From a virus (taxonomy: Duplodnaviria > Caudoviricetes): a stretch of 45,812 bases of DNA. A program made the position numbers and the translations under genes. The stretch is taken from the IMG/VR virus record IMGVR_UViG_3300033402_000513, positions 1 through 45,812 of that record, one strand, 5' to 3'. Within the stretch, counting starts at the first letter, position 1. Every line of letters starts with the position of its first letter. Of this stretch, positions 7,735 through 16,924 are shown one piece after another. Under the pieces are notes generated by a model, which saw nothing but the letters and a program-made list of their open reading frames with translations, did no database searches and had not been told where the DNA came from.

Positions 7735-10700
7735 ATGGCAGACCAAGCAGAGCGCGTAATCCTCGAAGCAGAGGACCAGGTCACCCCGATAACGGACAAG
7801 GCCAACGCCGCCCTCGACGGCTTCGAGAAGAAAGCGGAATCGTCGCACGGCAAGGTCATCCGGATTTCGGATCAAACCCGGTCCTCGGTCCAGCGGCTCA
7901 TCGCCTCCCTCGAAAAGCAGGCCGAGACTTACGGCAAGAGCGGTGTCGACCGGCTGATCACCCAGCGGGACCAGCTTCTCCAGCGATACAACCGCGAGCC
8001 GCAGGCCATCGACGCGATCACCAGATCCTACGAAAAGATGATCGCCATGGAGGAGAAGGCCGCGCGCGAAGCTCTCGCGGTTAAGGCGGCGAAGGAAGCC
8101 GAAGAAGCCCTCCGGAAGCAGTCCGAAGCCATCACCTCGTTCGGCGACCGGGTCAGCCAGTTCATGGAGAATCCGCTCCAGGGGGCGAAGGGCGCCCTCT
8201 CGTCCGTGCTTTCCGCTCTTGGTCCCTTTGGCATCGCGGTCACTGCCGGCGCTGCGGTACTTGGCACCATTGCGGCGTCTGCATTCGAGGCCGCAAAGAG
8301 CTTGGGGGAATATGGCACGCGCGTGAAGGACGCGGAACTGCGCACCGGGTTGACCGCGAAGGAAGTCGGGCAGTTCGGCTTCGCGGCGCGCGCGGTCGGA
8401 CAGGACATCTCGATTGTCGAGCGCCTGATGCGCGGTCTGTCCCAGGCTGCCGACGACAATTCCAGGGAGGGCGAAAAGGCGCGGGCCACCTTGCGCGGGA
8501 TGGGCATCGATTTCCACACTGCCACGGGAGAGATGAAACCCACTTCCGAGATTCTGACGGAAATTTCCGAGGGCCTGAACAAGCTCCCGGAAGGCCTTCA
8601 GCGGGACGCCGCCGCCATGGACCTGTTCAAGAAGGTCGGCGTGGAGGCGATTCCGTTCATGACGGAACTCAACGAGAACCTGCGCGTCGCCCACGAGCAG
8701 GGTTTCGGGCCGACCGAGGAAGACATCCGCCGCTTTGCCGAATACCAGCGTGAAGTGACGGTGCTCGAAACCAAGTGGGACGCCCTGGTCCGCAAGTTCA
8801 AAGAAGGGCTGGTCGTCACCGTGACGTGGGTCGGCAAGGGCGTCGATTGGTTCCTCAATAACGTCAGCACCGCCGGAGACGATGAACGGCAGCGCCGCGA
8901 AGAGGAGCAGGCGATGCAGGACGCCGCCGACATTCGGGCGGCGGGCGGCATTGGGGCGAAGATGTCGATCTCCGGTCATCGTCAACAGGTTGCTGACATG
9001 GAGCGACAGGCGCCGGAGATCATGAAGAATCGCGATGCCACCTTGAAGCGCATCGAGGATTTGCGGGCCCAACAGCAAGGGCTGGTCGGCGATTTCGGTA
9101 TCCTGCAAGCGATTGCGCCCACCCGCGACGAGGAGGCCCGCGCGAAGCGCGCGAGCGAAATCCAAGGCCAGATCCAACAGTTGCAGAAGATGCTGCAGGA
9201 TGCTGAGGCAGCCACCAAGCGGACAGACCTGCGGGCCGGCAAGGAAGAGACGGATCGCATTCGCGCCCGGTTCTTCGGCACGCACGATGGCATGGAGAAG
9301 GCTTACGCCGACGCCAAGAAGGATGTCGAGCGGCTCCAGAAGCAACTGCTCGAACCCGACAAGCCGTTGACGAAGGCTCAGGCACAGGATCTGGGCCAAC
9401 AACTCCACACCGCGGAAGCTACCGAGGCGCGCCGCAAGGCGGCATTGGACGCGGTGGCAAAGGGCGCGGAGCAGCTCAAGGATTTCCGCCGCCAGGCGGC
9501 CGAGTTCGAGAAGAAGGGCGATGAGGCCGAGCTTGACGCGATCGGCAAAATCTACTATCAGCGCGACCAGCTCCTGCAGCAGGCCGCGAAGGTGAAGGCG
9601 TCGGAATCGGAGATTGCGGCGATCCGCAAGGCGGCGGACGAGCAGGCGGCCGTGCTCTCGAAAAAGGCATGGGAGGAGTTCGAAAAGTACGCCGACAAGC
9701 AAGCGGCCGAGCAGCAGAAGAAAATGCTCGCCCTCATGATGCCGAGCAAAGAGCAGATGAAGGAGTGGGAGGAAGGCTTCGCCGCGCAGGAACGGATCGA
9801 GGACATCGGAGTCCAGGCGCAGCGCGATGAACTGCGGCGGCGCGCTGCGCGATCCTCGCGCGTGGCGGAACTGACCGCCAGCCAGGAGACGCCGATGGCG
9901 ATGTCTGAGGCCGAAAAGCGGGAGCTATCGGCGCGAAAGGAAGAGGGAGCGGCGCAACGAGCGTACCAGATCCGGCTCGATCTGGCCGTCCAGTTGGCGG
10001 GGATCGAAGCGGAACGGATATCGAAAGAAGAGAACGCGGCCAAGCGCTCCGTCCTGGCGGCGCAGGCGCAGAAGGATCTGTACACGGAAGTCGCCCAGGC
10101 GCAGGATCAGCTCGAGGAAAAGCAGGCGCAGCTCCAGCAGAAACGCCAGCAGGAGATCCAGTCGCAGTTCGACAGCCTGCAGAAGCAGGCAGAAAAGCTG
10201 ATCGACGTGCTGTTCACCAAGCCCAAGAACTTCGGCAAGGACCTGCTGAGTACGGTCCACGCCGCGGTGCTCAAGCCGGTGACCGAAACGCTGGGCGGCA
10301 TGGCGGCGAACGTCCTCCATCCGATCATCTACGGCGCGGATGGGCAGGGCGGGCTCGCTGGTGTGTTCAAGGGCGGTAAGCAGGACCCGGTGCGCGTGTC
10401 CACCGACCAGAACACCGCCGCGACCATGCAGAACAGCGCGGTGATGGCGGCGTTGACGGCTATCCTGGCCGCAGGCATGGGAGTGGCTGCTCCATCCTTG
10501 CAGACTGGTGCCACGGGCGCTGCGGGCGTTTTAGGAATCTCAATTCCATCGATCTCTGCGCCGGCCAAAATGAGCTCGCCTACGGGGGCGGGCGGTTACT
10601 CCCCGGCTGCGTGGAATTCCGGTGGTACCGGGATCGACCCGATTGCAATACTGTTCGGCGGCGGCACGCGTAGCGGCTCCGGAGCGGCTGGCGGTGGAGC

Positions 10701-11814
10701 GGGGGGCGGCGGGACGGATCACTCTTGGTCGGGCGCGCCCAACGGCGGTTATACTCCCGCTCCTTGGGCTGCTGGCGGCGGAGATTGGTCCGGCGCATCG
10801 GCGGGGATGCCGACGTTGAACCGGGCGCAAGGCGGGACGGGCGGATTCAATCCGCTGTCGATGCTGTTCGGCGGCGGGGCGCGCGGCGGCGCGGCTGGTG
10901 GGAGCGGGCCGAGCGGTCTGGCGGGAATCGTCAGTAACCTCAAGCACACGAACTGGGGCAGCTTCAAGCGGAGCCCGTCTAATCCGACCTATGGCACAGA
11001 TGAAAACGGCAACGACGTCCAAACCGGAGATTCCGGCGGCAAGATCACCGGAGTAGGTGGCGTGGCTGGCGCGGCGCTGCTGGCGGGTGGCACGATGCTG
11101 GCGCAACAAGGGCTGCTCGGGAACAGCCGTGGCACATGGACGGGCACAGCGGAAGGGACGGCTGGCGGGGCGGCCATCGGGTTCCAGATGGGAGGCCCAT
11201 TGGGCGCGCTGATTGGCGGCGCGGCCGGTTTCGGCATTGGCATCGGAGAGATGATAGCCGGCGTCAAGTCTCCGCAGAGGGAGGCGCACGACGACATCAA
11301 GAGCATCTACGGCGTCGACATTCCCCAGAACAGCGGCACGATTAAGCAGGTCGTCCAGATCGCGCAGTCGCAGTTCGGCGGCCAGATCGCGGTGGCGGTG
11401 CGATCCCCGAGCGTGCGGCAACTCGTGATGCTGTATTCGGAAGCCACCGGCCAGAAGATGCCGCTATCGGCCACGACGCCCTACGCGGGGAGCTTGGTGG
11501 AGCAGGGCGGCAAGCTCTATCAACAGGCCAGCTACCAGGATGGCCAGGCTCACGCATACGCTTCGAACATCCCGACGCTCGGCGGTATCGCGACCGGAAC
11601 CTATCCCACTCCCGGTGGCCCGAACACGGCTGGCGGCAGCGGCGCGACCTACCTCTCGCTGAATATCAGCGGCAACGACGCCGCGAATTTCATGACCGGC
11701 CAGTTCGTCACGCCGCAGTTCGTGACCGATCAGGCGATGGCAGCGCAGTATTCGAGCTACGGCCGCACGCAGCAATCGGCCAACATGCAGTTGCCCGGAT
11801 TGACGGTGGCGTGA
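7735..11814 (+). CDS. Tape measure protein
   Basis: 1359 aa, Ala/Glu/Gln/Lys-rich helical body, hydrophobic Gly/Ala segments, position in tail module. Confidence 0.88.
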   Translation: MADQAERVILEAEDQVTPITDKANAALDGFEKKAESSHGKVIRISDQTRSSVQRLIASLEKQAETYGKSGVDRLITQRDQLLQRYNREPQAIDAITRSYEKMIAMEEKAAREALAVKAAKEAEEALRKQSEAITSFGDRVSQFMENPLQGAKGALSSVLSALGPFGIAVTAGAAVLGTIAASAFEAAKSLGEYGTRVKDAELRTGLTAKEVGQFGFAARAVGQDISIVERLMRGLSQAADDNSREGEKARATLRGMGIDFHTATGEMKPTSEILTEISEGLNKLPEGLQRDAAAMDLFKKVGVEAIPFMTELNENLRVAHEQGFGPTEEDIRRFAEYQREVTVLETKWDALVRKFKEGLVVTVTWVGKGVDWFLNNVSTAGDDERQRREEEQAMQDAADIRAAGGIGAKMSISGHRQQVADMERQAPEIMKNRDATLKRIEDLRAQQQGLVGDFGILQAIAPTRDEEARAKRASEIQGQIQQLQKMLQDAEAATKRTDLRAGKEETDRIRARFFGTHDGMEKAYADAKKDVERLQKQLLEPDKPLTKAQAQDLGQQLHTAEATEARRKAALDAVAKGAEQLKDFRRQAAEFEKKGDEAELDAIGKIYYQRDQLLQQAAKVKASESEIAAIRKAADEQAAVLSKKAWEEFEKYADKQAAEQQKKMLALMMPSKEQMKEWEEGFAAQERIEDIGVQAQRDELRRRAARSSRVAELTASQETPMAMSEAEKRELSARKEEGAAQRAYQIRLDLAVQLAGIEAERISKEENAAKRSVLAAQAQKDLYTEVAQAQDQLEEKQAQLQQKRQQEIQSQFDSLQKQAEKLIDVLFTKPKNFGKDLLSTVHAAVLKPVTETLGGMAANVLHPIIYGADGQGGLAGVFKGGKQDPVRVSTDQNTAATMQNSAVMAALTAILAAGMGVAAPSLQTGATGAAGVLGISIPSISAPAKMSSPTGAGGYSPAAWNSGGTGIDPIAILFGGGTRSGSGAAGGGAGGGGTDHSWSGAPNGGYTPAPWAAGGGDWSGASAGMPTLNRAQGGTGGFNPLSMLFGGGARGGAAGGSGPSGLAGIVSNLKHTNWGSFKRSPSNPTYGTDENGNDVQTGDSGGKITGVGGVAGAALLAGGTMLAQQGLLGNSRGTWTGTAEGTAGGAAIGFQMGGPLGALIGGAAGFGIGIGEMIAGVKSPQREAHDDIKSIYGVDIPQNSGTIKQVVQIAQSQFGGQIAVAVRSPSVRQLVMLYSEATGQKMPLSATTPYAGSLVEQGGKLYQQASYQDGQAHAYASNIPTLGGIATGTYPTPGGPNTAGGSGATYLSLNISGNDAANFMTGQFVTPQFVTDQAMAAQYSSYGRTQQSANMQLPGLTVA

Positions 11815-11820
11815 TTCAAC

Positions 11821-12237
11821 GTGCCAGGCAATCTCGTACAATCCGCACCCAACGGGGTGATGCCGGCGTCGCTGTGTACCGCGTTCACGGAACTGCGCGA
11901 GTATGCGCAGCTTCAGAACCAGTATCACGACGGAACGATCCAGCGGTCGCAACTCGCGCAGACCTCGCGGCGGACGTTCCGGCTCAGCAAACGCCTGAGC
12001 GCATCGGTGCTCTCGGCGCTGTACAGCTTCTGGGTCTCGCAGAATGCCGGGTTGACGCCGTTCGCTTTCTATGACCCGTTCGACGTGGCGTCAGGCCAGC
12101 AGATTGGAAGCAACTACGATCCCACCGGCAACAACACGCAGGGGCGCGTGACGGCGGTGTTTCGCGGCAACTGGGCGCAGGCCACGGATATCGCGCGGAC
12201 GAACGTTCAGGCTCTCGAACTGGTGGAGGTGTCGTAG
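11821..12237 (+). CDS. Distal tail (Dit/DUF2460-like) protein
   Basis: Follows the tape measure gene; LYSFWVSQNAGLTPFAFYDP pattern. Confidence 0.65.
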   Translation: MPGNLVQSAPNGVMPASLCTAFTELREYAQLQNQYHDGTIQRSQLAQTSRRTFRLSKRLSASVLSALYSFWVSQNAGLTPFAFYDPFDVASGQQIGSNYDPTGNNTQGRVTAVFRGNWAQATDIARTNVQALELVEVS

Positions 12238-12320
12238 AGGGTTCTTGGAATTTCGTTCGTCCGTCGCGGCCAGCGCTTTTACAGCAACTTTGAAGGTTGT
12301 CGAAGGTCGGTGGAATCGAA

Positions 12321-12351
12321 AATCGACTCGAGACGATTCTTAATCTAAAAT
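12321..12351 (+). promoter_or_regulatory. Sigma70-like promoter with overlapping palindrome upstream of the TA pair
   Basis: TCGACT (12323) - 17 bp - TAAAAT (12346); imperfect 18-bp palindrome AATCGACTCGAGACGATT over the -35. Confidence 0.5.
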
Positions 12352-12464
12352 GGTAACTGTTCAAAGTCGGGGAGACGGTGATGCGCCCGCGCGGGGGCGT
12401 AGCCGACTATGCCCAGCCCCGATTTGTCCTACGCGTTTTGCCTGCGTGGGACCTGGTCGTTGCC

Positions 12465-12794
12465 TTGGAAATCGCGTTCGCCGAAAAACAACTTCGCCAC
12501 ATCTGCGAGAGCGAAGCGGCAGCGCGACGGGCCTTGGGGGCGGAAGTTGCTGAAAAGCTGAAGGCACGACTTGCCGACCTGCGTGCCGCCAGTTGCGTCA
12601 AGGAACTCGTAGCGGGTCGGCCTCGCAAAGTTGCGAGTCGCCGCCTAAACCACCTTGTGGTTAGCCTTTCTGATGGCTGTCGGCTCGTTATCTGTGCAAA
12701 CCACAACCTTGTTCCCAAACTGGACAACGGCAGTGTCGACTGGTCAAAAGTGAACCGCGTTAAGGTAGTGGATATCGAGAATGATCATGCCTGA
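12465..12794 (+). CDS. HigB-like (RelE superfamily) toxin
   Basis: EIAFAEKQLRHICE...KLKARLADLRAA...VSLSDGCRLV pattern; toxin-first order upstream of an XRE antitoxin; TTG start 12465 inferred. Confidence 0.75.
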   Translation: MEIAFAEKQLRHICESEAAARRALGAEVAEKLKARLADLRAASCVKELVAGRPRKVASRRLNHLVVSLSDGCRLVICANHNLVPKLDNGSVDWSKVNRVKVVDIENDHA

Positions 12795-13881
12795 GAAGAC
12801 CGCTTTCAAGCCAGACTGGATCTCACCTCCCGGCGATACCATGGCTGATATTCTTGCGGCGCAATGTTGTTCCGTGGACGAATTCGCCCAACGAATGGGG
12901 TGCACGCAAAAGCACGCGACCGATCTGCTCGCGGGCCGTGTCACGATCTCAGCCGAGACGGCGCGCAAGCTTGAACTAGTCCTTGGGGCGACCTCGGACT
13001 TTTGGATGCTTCGTGAAGCGCAGTATAGTGGTTCAGCAGGCCACTGTCAGAAGGGCGTCCAACCTAAAGTGCCGGAGGATTGGCTGACTGAGCTTCCCGT
13101 AAGAGATATGCGCCGATTCGGGTGGCTTGATCCAAATCTTTCCGTAATCGATCCAGCGGCGGCATGTCTGCGTTTTTTTGGTGTTGTGGATGTAGACGCC
13201 TTCCGTGCAACGTACCGCCGCGTACTGGAAAGAGCAGCGTTCAGAACATCTCCGACCTTTACTTCAAAACCGGCGGCCGTCGCAGCGTGGCTGCGCAAGG
13301 GCGAGATCGAAGGTGCAGCAATTGATTGCAGGCCCTGGAACGACAAGCTCTTCCGCAAAACTCTGGAGGAAATTCGCCCGCTGACTAGAAAGCGCGACCC
13401 CAAGTTATTCCTTCCTGAACTCACGCGACTCTGCGCACAGTGCGGAGTTGCAGCCGTCGTTGTCCGTGCGCCTGCCGGCTGTCGTGCTAGTGGGGCCACC
13501 CGCTTTCTTTCACCAAGCAAGGCGCTCTTGCTGTTGAGTCTCCGATACCTTTCAGATGACCACTTCTGGTTTACGTTCTTTCATGAGGCTGGTCACCTCT
13601 TACTGCACAGCAACAAGGCGCTGTTCTTGGAGGGTGGACAGATGGCCGGTACTGAGGAGACAGAAGCCAACCAGTTCGCTGGTCTTGCCCTCGTCCCCCC
13701 TGAATATCAACCCGGGTTGCAGCGTCTGACCATTGACCGACATGCAATCCGAGACTTCGCGAGGATTGTCGGAGTATCGCCGGGTATCATCCTCGGTCAA
13801 CTCCAGAACCTTGGGAGAGCTCGACGAAACCAGTTGAACATGCTTAAAGCGCGCTTTCAGTGGGAACAACTCGACGAATAA
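12787..13881 (+). CDS. HigA-like antitoxin, XRE-HTH fused to ImmA/IrrE peptidase domain
   Basis: N-terminal SPPGDT...FAQRMG..KLELVLGATSDFW HTH; C-terminal FWFTFFHEAGH and ETEANQFA. Confidence 0.85.
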   Translation: MPEKTAFKPDWISPPGDTMADILAAQCCSVDEFAQRMGCTQKHATDLLAGRVTISAETARKLELVLGATSDFWMLREAQYSGSAGHCQKGVQPKVPEDWLTELPVRDMRRFGWLDPNLSVIDPAAACLRFFGVVDVDAFRATYRRVLERAAFRTSPTFTSKPAAVAAWLRKGEIEGAAIDCRPWNDKLFRKTLEEIRPLTRKRDPKLFLPELTRLCAQCGVAAVVVRAPAGCRASGATRFLSPSKALLLLSLRYLSDDHFWFTFFHEAGHLLLHSNKALFLEGGQMAGTEETEANQFAGLALVPPEYQPGLQRLTIDRHAIRDFARIVGVSPGIILGQLQNLGRARRNQLNMLKARFQWEQLDE

Positions 13882-13890
13882 GCCTTCATT

Positions 13891-14832
13891 TCAGCCACGG
13901 AATCGTTTGAAGCATGAAGGAGTCTTTTGCCAATTGCAGAGAGCATCCTCCATCACTTGCATGCCGACACCCAATCGCGTCCCGAGTCGTGTGACCCAAT
14001 CGTCCAACAGTGGACGACTCGGCGTAGCGCCCGTCCTTCGACCGAATAACAACACTGCTCCCGAGTATGGCCCAGTGGCACCTTGCATGAAGGTAGAGCC
14101 GGGCTCAATTGGGGCTAGGCCCAACTTCCCTATCATCGTTAAATAGTCGAACTTCGCCGTTCGCCCAAAAGACGCCACCTTGTCCATAGATCGATACAAG
14201 CATTCAAATGCCGCCCTCGGGTTACGGTTGGCTTGCTCGTAGGCATGCTGAACCAGTGCCTTGTGGGTACGGGGAGGACGGACCCACTCGACGTAACTTT
14301 CGAATGCCGCCCCTGTGCCGGCTTCGCTCCAAGCGTCAAGGCTCTGGTACTTGCGGTGATTGCCAAAACGCCGACCGACTCCACCGCTCTTCAGTCGTGT
14401 TTGGTTCTCACCCAGCCACCTACGAAATTCCCTGGGATCAGCACTTGTTCGCGCCCAATCCCATGGTGCTCCGAGGCATAAACAGCCGTAGATATCTCGG
14501 GCAAGTCGCCACCCGTCAACTCGGTGCTTTCCGAAGTGGACAGACAAGAACACGAACCAAAACGCATCATCGGTCTGTGCTTCGCGCATGCGCAGAACCG
14601 CCGCCTTGATAGGATCGAAGATATCGCTAGCAGGGTCTGCACGAGAGGCGCTTATCTGTGAGTTACAAATCACCGAGATGTACTTGACCCTTCGGATGCT
14701 CTCGATCAACTGCTCGATGAAGGCCCCGCGAGTCGCGACACTACTGATGCCGGGAAGCGGGAGGTCCTGGGATTCAAAACAACGCAGCGCTGCCTCAAGC
14801 TGGCGGGCGAGATCCCGATCCTTAGGTCTCAC
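13891..14832 (-). CDS. Alpha-glutamyl/putrescinyl thymine pyrophosphorylase clade 3-like protein (HhH glycosylase superfamily)
   Basis: FLSVHFGKH..W, FGNHRKYQSL, FGRTAKFDYL, GATGP..GA.LLFG and C-terminal EDALCNWQK motifs. Confidence 0.75.
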   Translation of the reverse strand: MRPKDRDLARQLEAALRCFESQDLPLPGISSVATRGAFIEQLIESIRRVKYISVICNSQISASRADPASDIFDPIKAAVLRMREAQTDDAFWFVFLSVHFGKHRVDGWRLARDIYGCLCLGAPWDWARTSADPREFRRWLGENQTRLKSGGVGRRFGNHRKYQSLDAWSEAGTGAAFESYVEWVRPPRTHKALVQHAYEQANRNPRAAFECLYRSMDKVASFGRTAKFDYLTMIGKLGLAPIEPGSTFMQGATGPYSGAVLLFGRRTGATPSRPLLDDWVTRLGTRLGVGMQVMEDALCNWQKTPSCFKRFRG

Positions 14833-15629
14833 GAGAACACCTGGTCTGCCATACGTCCAATCGACCTGCGAATCGAGAGCTTGACCTCACGTGTGACACC
14901 GAAGCTGCTCTGAATGTTGTGATTGAAGCCGAACACCGACACGTCGCGCCGGAGCTTGACGCCCAGGAGATGACTGATCACTCCCCTATAAGCGGTGCCG
15001 AGAACATCGGGCTGGGAACGCCGATAGAGCGTCCAGTCCTTAATCACTTGCTTCTCCAGCCGAATCCCGGAGAGGTTTTGAAAATGTGTTACTACGGCGC
15101 TGCCATTCAGCACCAGAAGTCTTATGGGCGACTCCGCCAACAGGTGTCCCAGTGTGTCGCCGGCCACGCGAAACAAGGATGAGCGCTGTCGACTACTAAG
15201 GTCGGTCCACTTGCGGGCTGTGGCATACGGAATCAGATCGAGGTGGCAGGCGCCGCCTATAAGACCGTAGTACGAGACGTTCGCCTCAGCTAAGACATGG
15301 TCAAGTTGTCTGAACCACGTGTCATACGGATTCCCCAAGAAGTATGTCCGACACGATTCCCCAACCAACCTCATATGCTCCGACTTCGCCTCCGACCAGT
15401 GAGCAAGGCCAAGCGAGCCTAGCGTGTGAAAACGGCGAGATGGGCCAACAAGTTCTTTTCCGGACTGGTCCACAAATTCACGGTTGCTGGGGTTGAGGCC
15501 GAGTGTCGCAACTCTGGCTCTTGATACATCCCCAAAGGAAGGGACCGGGCAGCTCCACGGTATGACGGTCGTCTCGGATAGGCCGTCCTGGCCTAGGTGC
15601 CTGATCAATGCTGAGAGTGTTACGTTCAT
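14829..15629 (-). CDS. Uracil-DNA glycosylase superfamily protein
   Basis: PVPSFGD...VATLGLNPS (motif A, GxNP), DLIPYAT, and C-terminal NHNIQSS; ATG 15629 with AAGGAAGG RBS; 4-bp overlap with the downstream gene. Confidence 0.65.
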   Translation of the reverse strand: MNVTLSALIRHLGQDGLSETTVIPWSCPVPSFGDVSRARVATLGLNPSNREFVDQSGKELVGPSRRFHTLGSLGLAHWSEAKSEHMRLVGESCRTYFLGNPYDTWFRQLDHVLAEANVSYYGLIGGACHLDLIPYATARKWTDLSSRQRSSLFRVAGDTLGHLLAESPIRLLVLNGSAVVTHFQNLSGIRLEKQVIKDWTLYRRSQPDVLGTAYRGVISHLLGVKLRRDVSVFGFNHNIQSSFGVTREVKLSIRRSIGRMADQVFS

Positions 15630-15680
15630 TCCCTTCCTTTTATCGATTCGAACCAAAAGCGTGACACACTGAAAGTACGG

Positions 15681-16706
15681 CTAGATCGGACCTTCTGAGC
15701 CCGGTTCGCCATTGTCGAACAACTTCCCCTGGATCGGTTTCGTCTGCGCCGCCCCTTGACGGGCGGCCTTTTGCCGTCTTTTTTCAATATACGGGTCGTA
15801 AACACGAGAGAGCATCTTATGTCTAAGTCTCGTAATCTGTCTTTGGTCGCCATTCTTGGAGTACCGGTAGATATCGAGCAGGCGCACGATATCCCCCCAA
15901 TAGTTTCCAAGGCTAAGGTCCCGGCCATCGAACAGGCCACGACGGATCGCGCTCTCTGCCTTCAATACTTGGCGAACTGCAGGCCACGGGTCCCCAAACG
16001 GCATCGGCGGCATGAGTACTGTCGATTGCCAACCTTCTTCGACGAAATGGCGAGCTTTCTCTCGGTCTTCCTCGTACAAATGAAGGCTTCCAACGGTGTG
16101 CCTATACGTGCCAAGTTCGACGCCTAAGGATCGGGCCATGATCTCTTGAAGCATGGTGAAGGCAAATACGTCGTGGGGCAGGCCCTTGAATGCGTCATTT
16201 GACCTCATGCTGGTTAACATGTGCAGCCGATGATCGCGCAGGATAAGTTGGAGTGTGCAAGTGCATGGAATGTCCTTGTGCGGTTCACCAAGATCAGCAG
16301 GATCGAATAATTGAATAACAGCGCGCCGGGATGTAGGCTTCGTTGTTAGCAGTTCTAGCACATTATGTACCTGATCGTTGCCACGCGCGTTGAAGAGCCG
16401 AGGTCCGTAAGCGCCGTGAATTGTTCGCCCATCGTCAGACTCCTCGGAATATCGCGACAAGTAGTATTTGATGAAGTGAACCTTGTTGCTTCCCGCCAAG
16501 TACCAAAACAGCTCGCCGAGACAACTGAAGAGGATGCCTCTTTTCTCGGTTCGGCTCAGGCGGGCTCTCGGGTCCCTGAGTTTCAACATGACACCTGTCA
16601 GTTCTGCCGTAGTCCCGCGAGTCGCGTCGATGCGGCGTTTCCTGCTAAGGAGTCGATTGATGACCTGGAGCAGAAGGTCATCCAGCGTCTTTTCGGATAT
16701 GTACAT
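15681..16706 (-). CDS. Thymidylate synthase-like pyrimidine (probably dCMP) hydroxymethylase/methylase
   Basis: SRRAVI, DIPCT (catalytic Cys), MRSND, GLPHD and GSLHLYE motifs. Confidence 0.88.
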   Translation of the reverse strand: MYISEKTLDDLLLQVINRLLSRKRRIDATRGTTAELTGVMLKLRDPRARLSRTEKRGILFSCLGELFWYLAGSNKVHFIKYYLSRYSEESDDGRTIHGAYGPRLFNARGNDQVHNVLELLTTKPTSRRAVIQLFDPADLGEPHKDIPCTCTLQLILRDHRLHMLTSMRSNDAFKGLPHDVFAFTMLQEIMARSLGVELGTYRHTVGSLHLYEEDREKARHFVEEGWQSTVLMPPMPFGDPWPAVRQVLKAESAIRRGLFDGRDLSLGNYWGDIVRLLDIYRYSKNGDQRQITRLRHKMLSRVYDPYIEKRRQKAARQGAAQTKPIQGKLFDNGEPGSEGPI

Positions 16707-16846
16707 TCAGGGTAGAGAATTTGGAAGCCGAGGACCGGCTGGCCAACCCCAGGATCCTCCGTAGATTCGACCTCCGGCAGGCGTGGCGTTCGGGCTTCGT
16801 CTCGTTCTCGAATGAACAAGCCTTGAGTGGTTCGCTCATCACTGAG

Positions 16847-16852
16847 AGTATA
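16847..16852 (-). promoter_or_regulatory. Candidate -10 element for the TS-like operon
   Basis: TATACT on the minus strand in the AT-rich intergenic region upstream of 16706. Confidence 0.35.
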
Positions 16853-16924
16853 GTACAAGAAACTGTAACCGGAATAAAGAAGTAGATTGCCTCCGCCTTT
16901 GGGTTCCGTCTTTACCTATCAGCT

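Noticed and set aside
7117-9702. 861-aa minus-strand ORF, and similar long antisense ORFs at 613-1512, 3427-4476, 18029-20311, 23026-24399 and 30985-32106
   Set aside because: Shadow frames of GC3-rich plus-strand phage genes; no recognisable motifs
15681-16706. Housekeeping thyA
   Set aside because: Asp replaces the dUMP-specifying Asn, and the gene sits in a cargo operon with glycosylase-fold genes
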